In this document: positions 12,144 through 24,045 of the stretch, piece after piece | How the letters are laid out: each line of letters opens with the position of its first letter | Position numbering within the stretch: the first letter of the stretch is position 1 | DNA from: Vicugna vicugna | Lineage: Eukaryota | Reading direction: 5' to 3' | DNA length: 64,000 nt | NCBI GenBank assembly: GCA_013265495.1 | Contig: MU058540.1 | Coordinates: forward strand, 643,696-707,695 | The notes under the pieces: generated by a model | What the model was told of the DNA's origin: nothing | Database searches by the model: none | The model's input: the letters and a program-made list of their open reading frames with translations, nothing else | Made by a program: the position numbers and the translations under genes

Positions 12144-12569
12144 TTAAATATCCTGCAGGATCTGGATGAGGTTTTCCAGGCCAAAAATATAGCCCGGATC
12201 TGGTCCCTCGTAGGTGGTGTGTTCATTCCAGGAGCCTTTGTAGGTCGTGTGGGCAAAGTCGATCATCCGGATGTCAACTTTGACGACTCCTCCAGCATTG
12301 CTGCCGTGGGTCGTCTGCGAAGTCTCCGGTGGCTCCTGCCCATCATAGCTGATGAGGAGAGAGCTGGAGTAGAACCGGTAGGAACTCTGGCTCCTAATGA
12401 CCGAGAGGAGGGCCCGGAGCTGGCGCTGGATGGGCTCCAGCAGCTCCGTCCGGAGGCGGGTTCCGTTGTGCAGGAACTGATGGAGGGTTTGTCTGAAACC
12501 CTCCACTGACAGTTTTCTTCCATAGTACTTGTCTTTGCAGAGAAAGTGCTTCTTATCAGTTTGATAAAC
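12144..12569 (-). CDS. IP6K3: Inositol hexakisphosphate kinase 3, last coding exon
   Basis: Acceptor ttttaatgtaag|GTT; VYQTDKKHFLCKDKYYGRKLSVEGFRQ...YRFYSSSLL...VDIRMIDFAHTT...ILQDI*. Contains the SSLL and IDF motifs of the IPK family; 426 nt including TAA. Confidence 0.96.
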   Translation of the reverse strand, partial: VYQTDKKHFLCKDKYYGRKLSVEGFRQTLHQFLHNGTRLRTELLEPIQRQLRALLSVIRSQSSYRFYSSSLLISYDGQEPPETSQTTHGSNAGGVVKVDIRMIDFAHTTYKGSWNEHTTYEGPDPGYIFGLENLIQILQDI

Positions 12570-14285
12570 CTTACATTAAAAAGAAGACAGAAATGTGAAG
12601 AACTGCAAACTTAAAAAAAAATCGCATCTGCTACAGTGGCAGCATCACAAGCTAATATATATACAGATTTTTTGAGAAGCAGGGCAAGAATGGTTGCAAT
12701 GAATGGAAAGATGATCGTTCATCAAGCACTGGTGTAACTTTTTAAAATTGCTTTCTGTGCAAGCCTTTAATAGGAATCCAAGGTCTAAAGATCCTTCACC
12801 CTGCAGAGGTGACCCTCCACCCACGAGGAAAAGGTTTGGATCTCCTTTCTTGTGAATTTCCAATGTCAACCTCCAAATCGTGATTTAAAGCCTGGCTTCC
12901 AGCCCTCTTCAATTCAAATATTAGCAAACCCAAGCGAGAAAGCTTTAGTAGGAGTCTGAAATCACAGCCAATGGCCTTGGAAAGCCAACTAGATTCAATT
13001 TTCCCCAGCAAAGTTTATAAAGTCCCTTCTCTGCAGATACTAAGGAAACCATATCAGCTCTGGGGATAGAGTGGGGGTGAGTTGTTTGAAGATGAAAAGA
13101 CAGGCTGGATCAGGTGTGGATGGAGTTTTCAGGCAGCCAGTGCAGCTCAGTGGAGCCTGGATGGAGCAGGGAGGGCTCAAAGCAGTTCTGTGGGGCTGGG
13201 TGGCTCCTCTCCTTGGCACCAGCTCCCCTCCCCTCCCCTCCCTTGTCATGTCTTGGCCACCAGAAGGGAGCAGATGGAGGAGAGATGCTGATGGGGGGAC
13301 AGTGGCAGCCGCTCCCATTTTATTCAGATGGCATGGGCATCGGCAGAGGTTGAATGGAGGCCAGCGGCTGGCATGCCCAGAATGTGAGTTGGCATACCTC
13401 TGCCTGGCACACCTGGAAAGGGCTGCCCGTATCTGGTCAAGACAGTTTCTCAGGTCTCCCCTGCCTTTGAATTACATGACATGTTAACAGAAAACCAGAG
13501 ATGAAAGAATTCGAAAGATACAATAGACCTGGTATTGCCTTTGGAGGACTGGAGACTGGCTGCTAAATTAGCCATCATAAACACATGACAGGCATCACTT
13601 CCTAAATAAATCAGATCAATTTCAGGAGGTTTGAGGTCCAGAGAAAGATTCCATTTGCACCACAAATCATCACACTCCATTCTCTTGAGGACTGCATTCC
13701 AAGCCTTCCAAGGGACATCTGTGTAACAAATTTATAGACTCAACTTCCAGCTTCAAATGGTGGCAGTTTCAATTAAAGAAAGCTATAACATTTACCGTCA
13801 AATCGGTGTCTGGTTTTTGCTTTGAATAGATAGACTCTCAGAGTGAACGAGTAGAGAAAGTTTATTTCCTCCTGTTCCCCTGCTGCCCCAGCCTTAAGCT
13901 ACATCAGAGCAGCAAAAAATGAGGCTTGGAGTCTGAGCAATAAAAAATTAACCATACCTTTGCTGGGCTTAGCGGGTTACGACCTTCCCACTTTGTGAAC
14001 CAGAGCAAGTAGCAAGAAGAAGCAGTAAAGGCGTAGTAAGAAGAGGGAATGTCTAATAAGGATTCAAAGAGCAGACTGCCTCACGGCATCTGAGAAGGAG
14101 AAGGCTCAGCTTCATCGTTCAAGAGAATGAGGAATCCACGGAGCACACAGAGAAGCTTTCCCTCGGTTCTCTCCCCAGCCCTGCTCACACACTGTCATCA
14201 AAGCTCTGCTCTCAATATTGGTAGGACCTACATGGCCACTATGGAAAGTTCCAGCTACCAGAGTTAAAAAATGGTGGGGTTTTGA

Positions 14286-14412
14286 GGGGGAGGGTATAGC
14301 TCAGTGGTAATGTGTGTGCTTAGCATGCACAAGGTCCTGTGTTCAGTCCCCAGTACCTCCATATAAATAAACAAGTAAATAAAAACCTAATTACCTCCTC
14401 CCCCATCAAAAA
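14286..14412 (+). mobile_element. tRNA-derived SINE, Vic-1-like (left member of an inverted pair)
   Basis: gggggagggtatagctcagtgg...cccagtacctcc...aaacctaattacctcc; same family as the copy at 10653. Confidence 0.85.
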
Positions 14413-14427
14413 GGTATGTGTGTGTGG

Positions 14428-14510
14428 TTTTTTTTAATGGAGGCACTGGGGATTGAACCCATGACCTTGTGCATGCTAAGCATGCCCTCTACCACTGAGC
14501 TACATCCTCC
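14428..14510 (-). mobile_element. tRNA-derived SINE, short form (right member of the inverted pair)
   Basis: Reverse complement reads ggaggatgtagctcagtggtagagggcatgcttagcatgcacaaggtcatgggttcaatccccagtgcctccattaaaaaaaa. Confidence 0.85.
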
Positions 14511-14749
14511 TCTCTAAATGGTGGGTTTTGACACTACTATCCTACAAGGTGCTCTTTAAAAAACCCAGTGTGTCCTAGACCAGGATTCACATTTCCTTGG
14601 TGAAAGAGGAGCCTGGCTGCCTCCTCTGTTGCTCTTGCAAAGTGAAGAGCCCTGCAGGGGCAGGGCAGTGGTGTCTGAATGGGAGACATCCTTGTCCCTA
14701 GGGGACATGCTGGGATGCTCAGCCCCTCAGCAGGCCCTCTGCCACCTAC

Positions 14750-14925
14750 CTGCATGCCGCAGATACGCATGCCCAGGCAGGCCGAGGTGCTCTGAGCACA
14801 CTTCCTCATGTGCCGGGCCTTCTTCTCCTCTGACACATCATCCCCGTGCTGCCGGGTCCCCATCTTCAGGTCCAGGACGCAGGGATGCTTGTACTGTGAC
14901 ACTACATTTTCCAGCAACAAGAACC
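14750..14925 (-). CDS. IP6K3: IP6K3 coding exon 4 (catalytic PxxxDxKxG motif)
   Basis: 176 nt; (R)[58 protein letters not shown]; acceptor ccag|GG, donor CAG|GTAGGT. Confidence 0.97.
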
Positions 14926-16030
14926 CTGGTCACACTATGTTAAGGAAGGCTCCAAGGACATAAAAGCCCCTGCTCACCAGCGGCAGTTCGCAGGCCTCAG
15001 AAGCTGGCTGGAGATTCCCTCCTCTGAGCCCCATCCCTCCACTCCTGTGTCTTTCATTACAGACCAGTCTGTCCTCACTATTAAGAATTCAAGGTATTAA
15101 CTTTGCAGGCTGCTTTAATAAGTCCATTTACTTAGGGGGAGTTTACAAGTATGTGAGCTTCTTTTCCTTTTCGCTCTAAGGTTGGAATTTAAATGCAGGC
15201 GTGAAATCCCTGGCAGGCCATGCTCAATTTACATTTTATGGTAGAAAATCATAAGGCTAAAACCTCGACTCACTGAATGGGCCAGTACCTTTCGGGAGAC
15301 GTGGGTTGATATTAGCTTCAGAGATGAGTTGCAGGAATATTAATTTCAGAGGAGTAATTATCCTGCAAAAGCTTCTTAGGGATTCAGGCTGTAGATGTAT
15401 CTTAGTAAATATTACGAAACAGGCCACCGGTTTTGCGGGAAGGAGTCCAGTGGTGATAAAGGGGGCATTTCAAGCCTGAATTTGCTGAATATGTGCAGCC
15501 TTAGGGGGATGGGGGAGTGCCTCTCCTAAGGGTCCACCCCACAGGCATCTTCCTAAGAGAGAAAACACATACCCTTCTCACCCACCAACTCCATGAGAAG
15601 ACGGCTGTGGGGAGAATTGGGAGGGGTGGAAGGGAGGTTGGGGTGCAAGGACCCACCCTTTGAGCAACCCCACTGCCCCCACCCAGTGCGGCAGTCATCA
15701 TTCCCATCTGCCCACAGAGACCCCCAGCCCAACCCATCCGTACTGCCCAGGCGGCAGAGACATGATCAGTGGCCCAAGTAGGGGTACTGTGTTCAGCTTA
15801 ATTCTCAGTCTGACTCTCCCAGCGGCTAATTTTTCTTTCTGGAGAGACCTGGTTTCTTTTAGGACCCAGGTTTGAGGGCTTGTGCCTCCCATTCTCCGGC
15901 CCATCAGTCTCTCCCCTCACCCCTCCCTTGGCCCTGCGTGTGTGTCTCCCCTTCCCACCCCACCCGCATTTGTCTCTGCCGTGCCCCTGGCAGCACCGTG
16001 TATGGTGGGCGGCAGAGTGGGCGAGGATAC
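14926..16030 (-). other. IP6K3: U12-type (minor spliceosome) GT-AG intron of IP6K3
   Basis: Donor GTATCCT; branch sequence TTCCTTAAC (plus 14939-14947) ending 13 nt before the exon; no polypyrimidine tract. Confidence 0.9.
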
Positions 16031-16206
16031 GGTGCCGCTTGTTCTCTGGGTACTCAGTGCACAGGCGGCTCAGGTGGGCCTGGTGGCAGTGCAGGCCCCA
16101 CGGGTTAAAGCTTCTCCTCTCGGCCTGGTTGCCGTTAGCATCTTCCATCAGGGAGGGCACTTGGGCCTCGAGGTGGAGTTCAGACCTCAGGAGCTTCGTG
16201 GCTGGG
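16031..16206 (-). CDS. IP6K3: IP6K3 coding exon 3
   Basis: 176 nt; (S)PATKLLRSELHLEAQVPSLMEDANGNQAERRSFNPWGLHCHQAHLSRLCTEYPENKRH; acceptor cgcag|C; phases match the neighbouring exons. Confidence 0.95.
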
Positions 16207-17329
16207 CTGCGGGCCAGGGGAGCACACGACAGTCAGGGCACTTGTGACTGACTGGGCTCTCCGGGGCTGGATGCTGACGTGGACTGTTCCTGGCTACTGT
16301 CCTGCAGAGCCTCCCAGTGCCCTTCCTGCCCCACTCAGTCGCACCAGGTCAGTCCATGCTGCCGGCCTCCAGGGGTCTCTCTAAACTCACAGAGCATGTC
16401 ACCTCCTCAGGGGACTGAGGCGGTTTAAATTCACTTGTAAGTGATCTGGGTTATCAACTCCCTACAGAAGAAAACACTGTATGGAGGCAGAGACCCTGCC
16501 TGGAACCAGAAGACTGAAGGTTTTAGGCTGTTCCTGTGTCGTTATCTCCTGGAGACCTCAAATGCCATCGGGTGAGAATCATGGATCCTTGGTCCACCCT
16601 CTCCCCTGCCCTCTTGGCATCTTGGCTTCCCCGTCTGTGACATGGAGATAATGTTCTCCACTTCCTGACACCAAGCCAGGAGGCTTAATTAGATCTGCAA
16701 TACTCCTTGGGGAAGGGAGGCGCTTTCATTGTATTAGCTCCCTTTTGTTTCCCATAAATGTTTGAAAAATCCCCAGGGATGGTTTTCACCTGAGAAAGGT
16801 CAGCTAACACTAACAGAGTTTTTGGAGACCTCTCCAAGGACCTCGGGTGCCCTGAGCTGCCTGTGTCTCCAGGGCCCCCCCGAGCACTGCGTTGACCTCT
16901 CTCCTCGTCCTGTCCCTACCTCTAAGGAAAGATGATTTCCGAGAGACATTAGCCACACTTTTCCTTTATGTCAACTATTCTGGGGCTTCTGCTCTGCACA
17001 TTCTCCCCCCAAGAGACCCTTCATGGTCTCAGTGAAACAGGTATTTAATTAAACAAACCTATACCGAATGCCTACTCTGTATAGGATGCTGTGTGTGCAT
17101 CCACTTCTGAGATGAAAAGCATCGAAATCCTCCCTCTAAAAATGGCACGAAAGAAAACGCCTTCCTTTCTTTGGCCACACTGGTTATTCTAGACAGAGCC
17201 TTCATCTGAGTTTCTCATTTTTTTGGCTCCAGCCCTCATGGGGAAATGTCGACCTGGGCACAGTGGGAGCAGGGCCCTGCTAGGGACAATCTGCCTGGTT
17301 TCTGCCATCCTGTCAGGTGGCCCCCTTAC

Positions 17330-17540
17330 CTCTCGTTGAGCGAGTGTGCCAGCTGCGTGTGCTGCCACTGGGCGAGGGTGAGGGCGCCGCCGCCTCCTCC
17401 GGTCTGCTGGAGAGTCTGCAATATTGCCACGGCCGCTGACTCCGTGGAGACCTTGAAGGGCCCCCGATTCTCCTTCAGTGGGTTGGCGACCAGGCTGAGA
17501 TGGCCTCGGCTGTCTTTCCGGAGGTGGACGGTGATGGTGC
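17330..17540 (-). CDS. IP6K3: IP6K3 coding exon 2
   Basis: 211 nt, read manually because this frame is absent from the ORF track: (G)TITVHLRKDSRGHLSLVANPLKENRGPFKVSTESAAVAILQTLQQTGGGGGALTLAQWQHTQLAHSLNE; acceptor ctgcag|GC, donor AG|GTAAGG. Confidence 0.94.
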
Positions 17541-20500
17541 CTGCAGAGCACGTGGGCAGGGGGAAGGGTTGAGAGACCAGATGGCACTTACCTGAGTGAG
17601 TGCAATGGCCGATGGCCTTTTGAATTGTACTCTAATGACACTGGTCAACCTCCCCTCTTCTCTGACTCCTCTCTCAAGAGCTCTGGGGACTGGCCTGAAC
17701 CCAATGCTGTTCCAGAATGAGCCCAGAGCCATGGAGCCTGCAGAAAATGGCCTTGGGCTGATCTTGGCACAGGCTCTGCTTTGTTGCATTTTTTTCTGCC
17801 CCTTCACGCTTTAAACAAAGCAGCATGTACATTTTATTCTCACATTCCGGTTCCTCTGTGCACAGTCACACCTTCTAGTCATACCACAGCATGCCGCCTG
17901 GGCCCTACCTTGGGGCATCCGAGCTGGTCCTCTGCAAAGAGGGCCTCCACCTCTGGGTGGCAGTGAAAAAGTCAGGGGCCCGTCCCTCCTCCCCCGTGCC
18001 CTCTGCCTCCTTCATCACCCTTTCCCTCCCCTCCATTTCTCTTTATCTGACCAGCTTCTTCCAGGAAGCCTTCCTCAAACAGCCTCGTGGGGCTCCAGTT
18101 GCCCCTTCTTTCATCCTCCCCCATCTCTGACTTTCACACTGACATGCCCTGTTTCCTTTGGTTGGACGCTCGGCACAAGAAGATTATTGACAGAACGTGG
18201 TTCTGTGATAGAAAACAGGAGACTCGTGAGATTTCTCCAACTGACAGTACCTCCTCACCCCCGGTGTTTGTGATCAGGGCCTGACCTCTAACTTCAGGTG
18301 TGGGCTGACAGTGAAGGGTGTGAGCACACCCATTGAATGGATGCGCTAACCAAGCCTCTCCTCTGGGACATTGGCCAGGTAGGGTCAGTAGCTCTGGCCT
18401 GTACATTCATGGCTCTGCAGTCACCCGCTTTGTACTTCTCGCTCTGGTGGCAGAGTCCAGGCCTCCCTCTGTGGGGTTTGGCATCCAATGGGTGCCCAGC
18501 CTCGCCAGAGTCCTGGGGAAGATGGACGATACACTCGGTCGTGCACAGGAGATGGCCACACAGATGGTTTTGCGAGAACCAGGTCTCTAGAGTCCTTGGT
18601 TCCCTGCCCTTCCTGCAGTGGATGGCGGGGAGGATCCTCTCTTTGCTCCTTCTACCAACCCACTCTCCACTCGTCTCCACCCTGCTTTGTGCCTGAGGGG
18701 CTGACTCTATGACTGCACCAATGGCTTCTTGCTGGCCGGTTTGGCCAATGAGGGACATTGGCAGGTGCCGGGGTGGGGGGAAGGGGGAAGAGAAAGGTTG
18801 GGGCTGTTATCCCTCTGGTTTCCTCCCTGCTGCAGTGTGGCTCTCTTGGCTGCCTCACCAACTCCTGTTGTTCCTTTAATCCTCGTGCACTTCTGCAAAT
18901 AGCCCCTTTAAAAATTCTCTTTATTTAATCCCCTTTGCACGTACCACTCATTTCCCTCTGGGACCCTGACAGAGTGGGAGTGTTGCATGTGACCACGTCC
19001 TCCCAGGTGTTTATTTCCTCCCCCCGCCCCTTGGTTACTTCAGCGTAAGTGGTCATTTCTGCTGAACCAGCAGTCAAGGCAGCTGATTCGTCTTCATGTG
19101 TCCCTGCCCGGCTCTCCTGGGCTGCTCAGAGCAGACACTCACTCTCAGGGTTGCTCTATAATTCAGCAAGTTGCTCTCCAGACCCATCTGTGCCTAGCTC
19201 AGCGGTCTCCCTGGGCCAGCCCTGTCATCTCAGGTTCCCAGTGTCTTAGTTCTGCAGCCTCAGAGTGACCTTCCATTCCCTCCAGCTCCTTAAAAAACTC
19301 TGCTCTTTCTCAGCTCATCCCAGGTCCCAATGTCCCGTGAAGTAATGATGATGCTAATGATAACTGCGTACTTGAATCTGGCATTCTGTAGTTTACCTGG
19401 ACACCTGCAGGCATCCCTAGACCGAGCCCACAGAGCTGTTCTGCTCACAAGAGCAGAGGGCTGACTGCAGGTCGGTGAAATAAGTACATAGTAATAACCA
19501 CTGCCTGGTCTTTTACACCTACTGTACACCAGCGTTATGTGTGTTTTGTTTATTGCTAAGTTAAAGCAAGCCTGCAGGCTGCTTGACTGTGGTCACTGAG
19601 GCCCAGAGAGATTGAATAACTCGCCCAAGGTCACACAGTTGGTAAAGGGTGGAGCTCTGAGAAGGCCACGCCTGACCTAGATATGGGAGACAGATCAAGT
19701 TGTCACATGGAACTTTATCGGGAGACACTGGTGTCATCATGTTATGTTTACCCGTGTGTGGATGAGGAACACTCCTGCTGTGTCTCCGGTCACATTTGTC
19801 CTGGTCATTCTGTTACGTGGGAGCAAACAGAGAAGCCATGGTGCCACCACCTCGTGAGAGGGCCATCAGTGCAGAGGACTGGGAGTGCTAAGGAGCCCAA
19901 GGACATGCTATTATATTTCCAGCCTTGATTCCTTGGCGGGAGGGTGGCTCTGCTGGTTCCGGGGAGGAGGACTGACCTGGGAACCACTCCCAGGCCCCAG
20001 AGCCGCCCTCCCACCCCATGTTCAAGAAGTGAGGGGAGCTTGCTGGGCTCTGTGCTTGTCCTTGGGGAGTTCGGAGCCTCTTGGCTGCCTGGGGAGCCAG
20101 GAAGGTATGCCGGCCAAGGGCAAAGCCCTTTCGGATCTTGTGGAGTTCAAGTTACCATCCGGCGGCCCCTTGGCCTTTCCTATCTGTGATGCTATGGTGA
20201 CAGGCCTACCAGAAACCACAGTCCTGGGGAGCCCTGGGCCCAGGAGGCCTCCCTGGAGGGACAGGAAATGCGACCTTCACCTGCTTCTCTGGGCTCCAGC
20301 TCTTGTCTGATCTCATCCATTCTGAGTGTCTAAATAGGTGGAGGCTAGCAGAGGTGCAAATAACCCAAAACCAATAAAATCCAAAAGTCATTCCTATTTC
20401 TCATTTTGTCAGAGCTACCCAGCCAGACTCCGTGTCCCTGCCCTCTAGCTCCGTCTCCCGTGTGCCTCTGCCTGGCTGTCTCCATCTATCTGTCTTCCCT

Positions 20501-21439
20501 CCCTCTCTCACAGCCCTCCCAGCTCAGCCAAGCCCTTCCCTGTGAAAGCTGGGACCACAGCACATAGCAGTCTTGCAGGTAATCTCCAGCTGCCTGCCAA
20601 TGACAGGAGCAGCATTGTCAGTGGAATCTGGGCTCCTTGGGACCTGGATTGTTCTTTAAGTCAAGAGCCACACTGGCCCTGGCCTGGCTGCCAGCTTCCC
20701 TGTGTGTCTGTGAGGACTAGGCCTCCTAACACTCTGTTGCCCCTGCTTGGCCAGGAAAGTGGGGGACCCAGCCAGAGCACCCATCTGCCTGCTCACCAGC
20801 CCTCCCCAGGCACCCTGACTTGTGACCACGTCTGCTGGGCAGACAAGAGTGCTCACTGCCGTGCCCAGAACATCCCAGCAATTTCGATTTGGCCGAGCAG
20901 CTTCCGTGAATATTCTGTCATGTATTTATTTTTAAACTCATGAGAACATTTATTCAACGCGTCTGTAATACGAATCTGGCTTATCCATTAACCAACTAGA
21001 CCTAGGAGTATGTCCTTACTCACCCAAAGCTGACAGGCAGCCTGGGGGGCAGAGGAACACAGCCCCAAGGGGCTGTCATGCCCAGGGAGCCCAGCGAAAG
21101 GTCCAGGGCAAGCTGCTGGCACAGGAAGGCCGTCCTTGGGGATGATGCTCCTGCCCAGCACTCCGATGCCATCCCTGTGCAGGGTGAGAAGGGAGTAGGT
21201 GTGCTCCGTGGCGTGAGGCCTTCTGGGCTGCCCCTAACAGAAAGAAAAGGGGAAACCCCTGTGGTAGCCTTATGGGCGTTTGAGTCCCTCTGATCTGAGG
21301 TCACTAGCTGAATGACTCTGGACAAGAAACCTCCCCTCCCTCATTGGGCTGGATGACCCCTGAGCACTGGCATCTGAGGAGCCTGCCTCTTTAGTGACAG
21401 TCACTGGTGGAGTGGGCCTGGGGAGCCCAGAGCCCACAT

Positions 21440-21640
21440 TCAGGAGCCAGACCTTGGAGCTTTGAATCCTGGTTCTGCCTTTCACTGGCTGTGTGGCCTG
21501 AGGCAAGTCAGGTAAGCTCTCTGTGCCTCAGTTTCCTCATCTATGAAATGTACCTTCCTCAGAGAGTTATTGTTAGGACTAAATGTGAGTTAGTTAGTCC
21601 ACGGAAATTACTTGCAGTATGTTTGGTACTGAGTTAACAC
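21440..21640 (+). mobile_element. MIR SINE
   Basis: ctctctgtgcctcagtttcctcatctatgaaatg MIR core. Confidence 0.7.
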
Positions 21641-22619
21641 CAGGTAAGGGCTGGTTGATACTACTTTTCTTCTCAGGCGAAACAAGAAGCCTGCACAGCC
21701 TGAGGCCATTTCCCATCCCAAACCTGACCACAGCCACCTGCCCCAGGTGTCTAAGACCCTAAGGGCCCAGTTCTCAGCCTTTTCCTAGTGTCTCCTTAGA
21801 TGTGTGTTTCCTCGGGTGGCGCCTGGACACTGGCACCATGTGGGTTGTGTTCTGGCCAGTGAGTGAATCAGCATTTCTGCATCTTTGAAACGTCATGTTT
21901 GGGTGTCGCAGCAGCCCATGGGTGCTGCTTCACTGTCATCCTCAGCTGGGCTGTGTGGTCTCACCTGAGGGATGTCATGTGGTTCCCTGACTCAGCTCCT
22001 CCCAACTTGTTTGCAGACACAAACTCTCCTGAGTGAAGCCCCAAGGCAGAGACTGATACACGAAGTGATGACAAATTAATCTATCAAGTTAGCGGGGCCC
22101 CAGGGCAAGCGGTACCTGGATGGACCCAGCCTGAAGGGGGAAGCAGGGCAGAGGAGGGGTCTGGGCAGAAGACCAGTGCCCAAATCCATCCAGAGGGGTG
22201 CCGTTCTGATGCTGCAGAGGAATGGCACATGCAGGCAGGGAGCAGGGAGGGCACCAGATTGGGGTCCTGGAGACCGACCAGCCTCTTTCACTTCCCTGCT
22301 CTGCCTTTGGCTGCCCTGGCAGTCTGTCTCAGCTCCAGAGCTGTGTCAAACCATCATGAAATGCTGCGGGCACAGGCTACCCCACCCAAGATCCCACCAC
22401 CCTTTTGCTGGCTTGAGTTCAGTTGTGAAAGGACAGATGTTAATTCCAGTGGGTGCTCTGACAAGACAGGCAGTGACCCACAGCTAATGGACAACACCAG
22501 CCTGAGGCCCCAGAGGAGGCCTGCACAGGCTGTACACCAGCCATCCCCCCCGTCTCTCACTGGTCTTATCTCAGACTCTCAGGACCTAAGCAATGCCCAG
22601 GGCTCAAGGCCTTGGCCTT

Positions 22620-22950
22620 CCCTCAGTGGGTCTCAAACTGGAGCATACTGAATACAGATTCTTGGGCCCTGACCCCAGAGATTCTGATTCACAGGTCTGG
22701 GATGGGGCCTGGGAATCTGCATTCACACACACAAACACACAGACACACACACACATCAATGATTATGATAAAGTTGGTTGATCCCAGATCATACTTTTCT
22801 TTTTGAGGGGGGTAGGTAATTAGGGTTATTTATTTATTTATGTAATGAAGGCACTGAGGGTTGGACCCAGGACCTCGTGTGTGCTAAGCCTATGCTCTAC
22901 CACAGAGCTATAACCTCCCCCAATCCCAGAGCATACTTTAAGAAACACTG
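22620..22950. mobile_element. MER5-like DNA transposon remnant, interrupted by a CA-rich tract and a SINE
   Basis: cagtgggtctcaaact...cagagattctgattca...ggggcctgggaatctgcatt...ctttaagaaacactg. Confidence 0.6.
22799..22922 (-). mobile_element. tRNA-derived SINE, Vic-1-like, with target-site duplication
   Basis: Reverse-complement head ggggaggttatagctctgtggtagagc; TSD atcccagatcatacttt (22781-22797) / atcccagagcatacttt (22923-22939). Confidence 0.85.
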
Positions 22951-23846
22951 ATGTAGATCTGCCTCACCCTTCCCACTGAAATGCAGGTAAGTTTTTAACT
23001 GACTTTTTGGGATATTATCATCACCTTCACTACAGACATCATTTGGACTATGAGGGCAGAAGCTTGCAGTCGTAAGTTCTAAAATCCTTTAAAAGAGGTC
23101 TTTTCTCTGAGCAGTCATCCCTTTGCGGGGCTGGCAGCTGGCAGAGTCATGCCCTGAGCTCAGTGAACCTCACTGACCAAAGGCTGGATGTGGACAAAAT
23201 GACCTGCCCCATGGATGCTTGCTGGCCGCCCTGAGTGCCCCTGCCCAGAGACCCACAAACGGCAGCTCTCCCCATCCAGATTTCCCTCCCAGAACCCACT
23301 CTGGGCTCAGATCCAGAACACACACTGCTCTAAGCACCATTTCCCCAGCTACGCCAGGATGGCAGATCATGCCCCAGCTTTGCCCCAAACACAGACTGTT
23401 CCAGCTCCTCTGTGCCCCATCCCAGACCTGAGGCTCCTGCCACCCATCTGGCTCTCCAGAGTGAGGTGAAGGAAGCTTCCTTATGTTCTGTGTTTACCAA
23501 CCAGAGCAGCGGGACCCAGCCATGACACTCCCAAAGTGCAGACCAGAGGTCCCATCAGGGTGGGATGGGGCTGGGGGATTACTTTATCCCATTCTCAATT
23601 CCTTGAAGCCTGATGGCTTGAGCTAACTGATAGGGACACCAAATGGCATTACACTCCAGGTCTGGAGGCTTGAAGAATGCAGAGAAAGTGGGGCAGTGAA
23701 GGCCGGCTGGGCTGCAGGAGAGGGGCAGGTCTCCATGGCAACCCTGAAACACACTGTGTTGCTGGAGGAAGTGGTGGGCGCGTGTGGGCCAGCTGGGTCC
23801 AGGGTTGGGGCACGGAGCACGGCTGGCTGCCCGGACACTCACTTAC

Positions 23847-24045
23847 CTTTGTACTGTGGCGTGAAGCGCTTCATGGCAAGCGGCAGGGACTCGTAGAACC
23901 TCTGCTCCCGGGAGATGAGGGGCTTGCACACCGTGTGCTCGTCGTACTTCATCAGGCTCAGGTGCCCCCCAACCTGGTGCAGGAAGGGCTCCAGCGGCAC
24001 GCCCACCCTGGCATCCCCAGCGTCCACGCTGTCCTGCACAACCAT
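23847..24045 (-). CDS. IP6K3: IP6K3 first coding exon (coding part)
   Basis: ggcATGG start; [66 protein letters not shown](G); 199 nt; donor AAG|GTAAGT. HQVGGH is the IP6K N-terminal motif. Confidence 0.96.

Noticed and set aside
18200..18975. Possible LTR remnant in an IP6K3 intron (similar hints at about 8340-8660, 28600-28930 and 56960-57470)
   Set aside because: The resemblance to old ERVL/MaLR LTRs is only by eye; I could not support a family or boundaries without RepeatMasker.
12144..24045. IP6K3 as a pseudogene, given the early stop and indels
   Set aside because: All indels are in frame, the splice sites are intact, the PxxxDxKxG, SSLL and IDF motifs are present, and only four terminal residues are lost.
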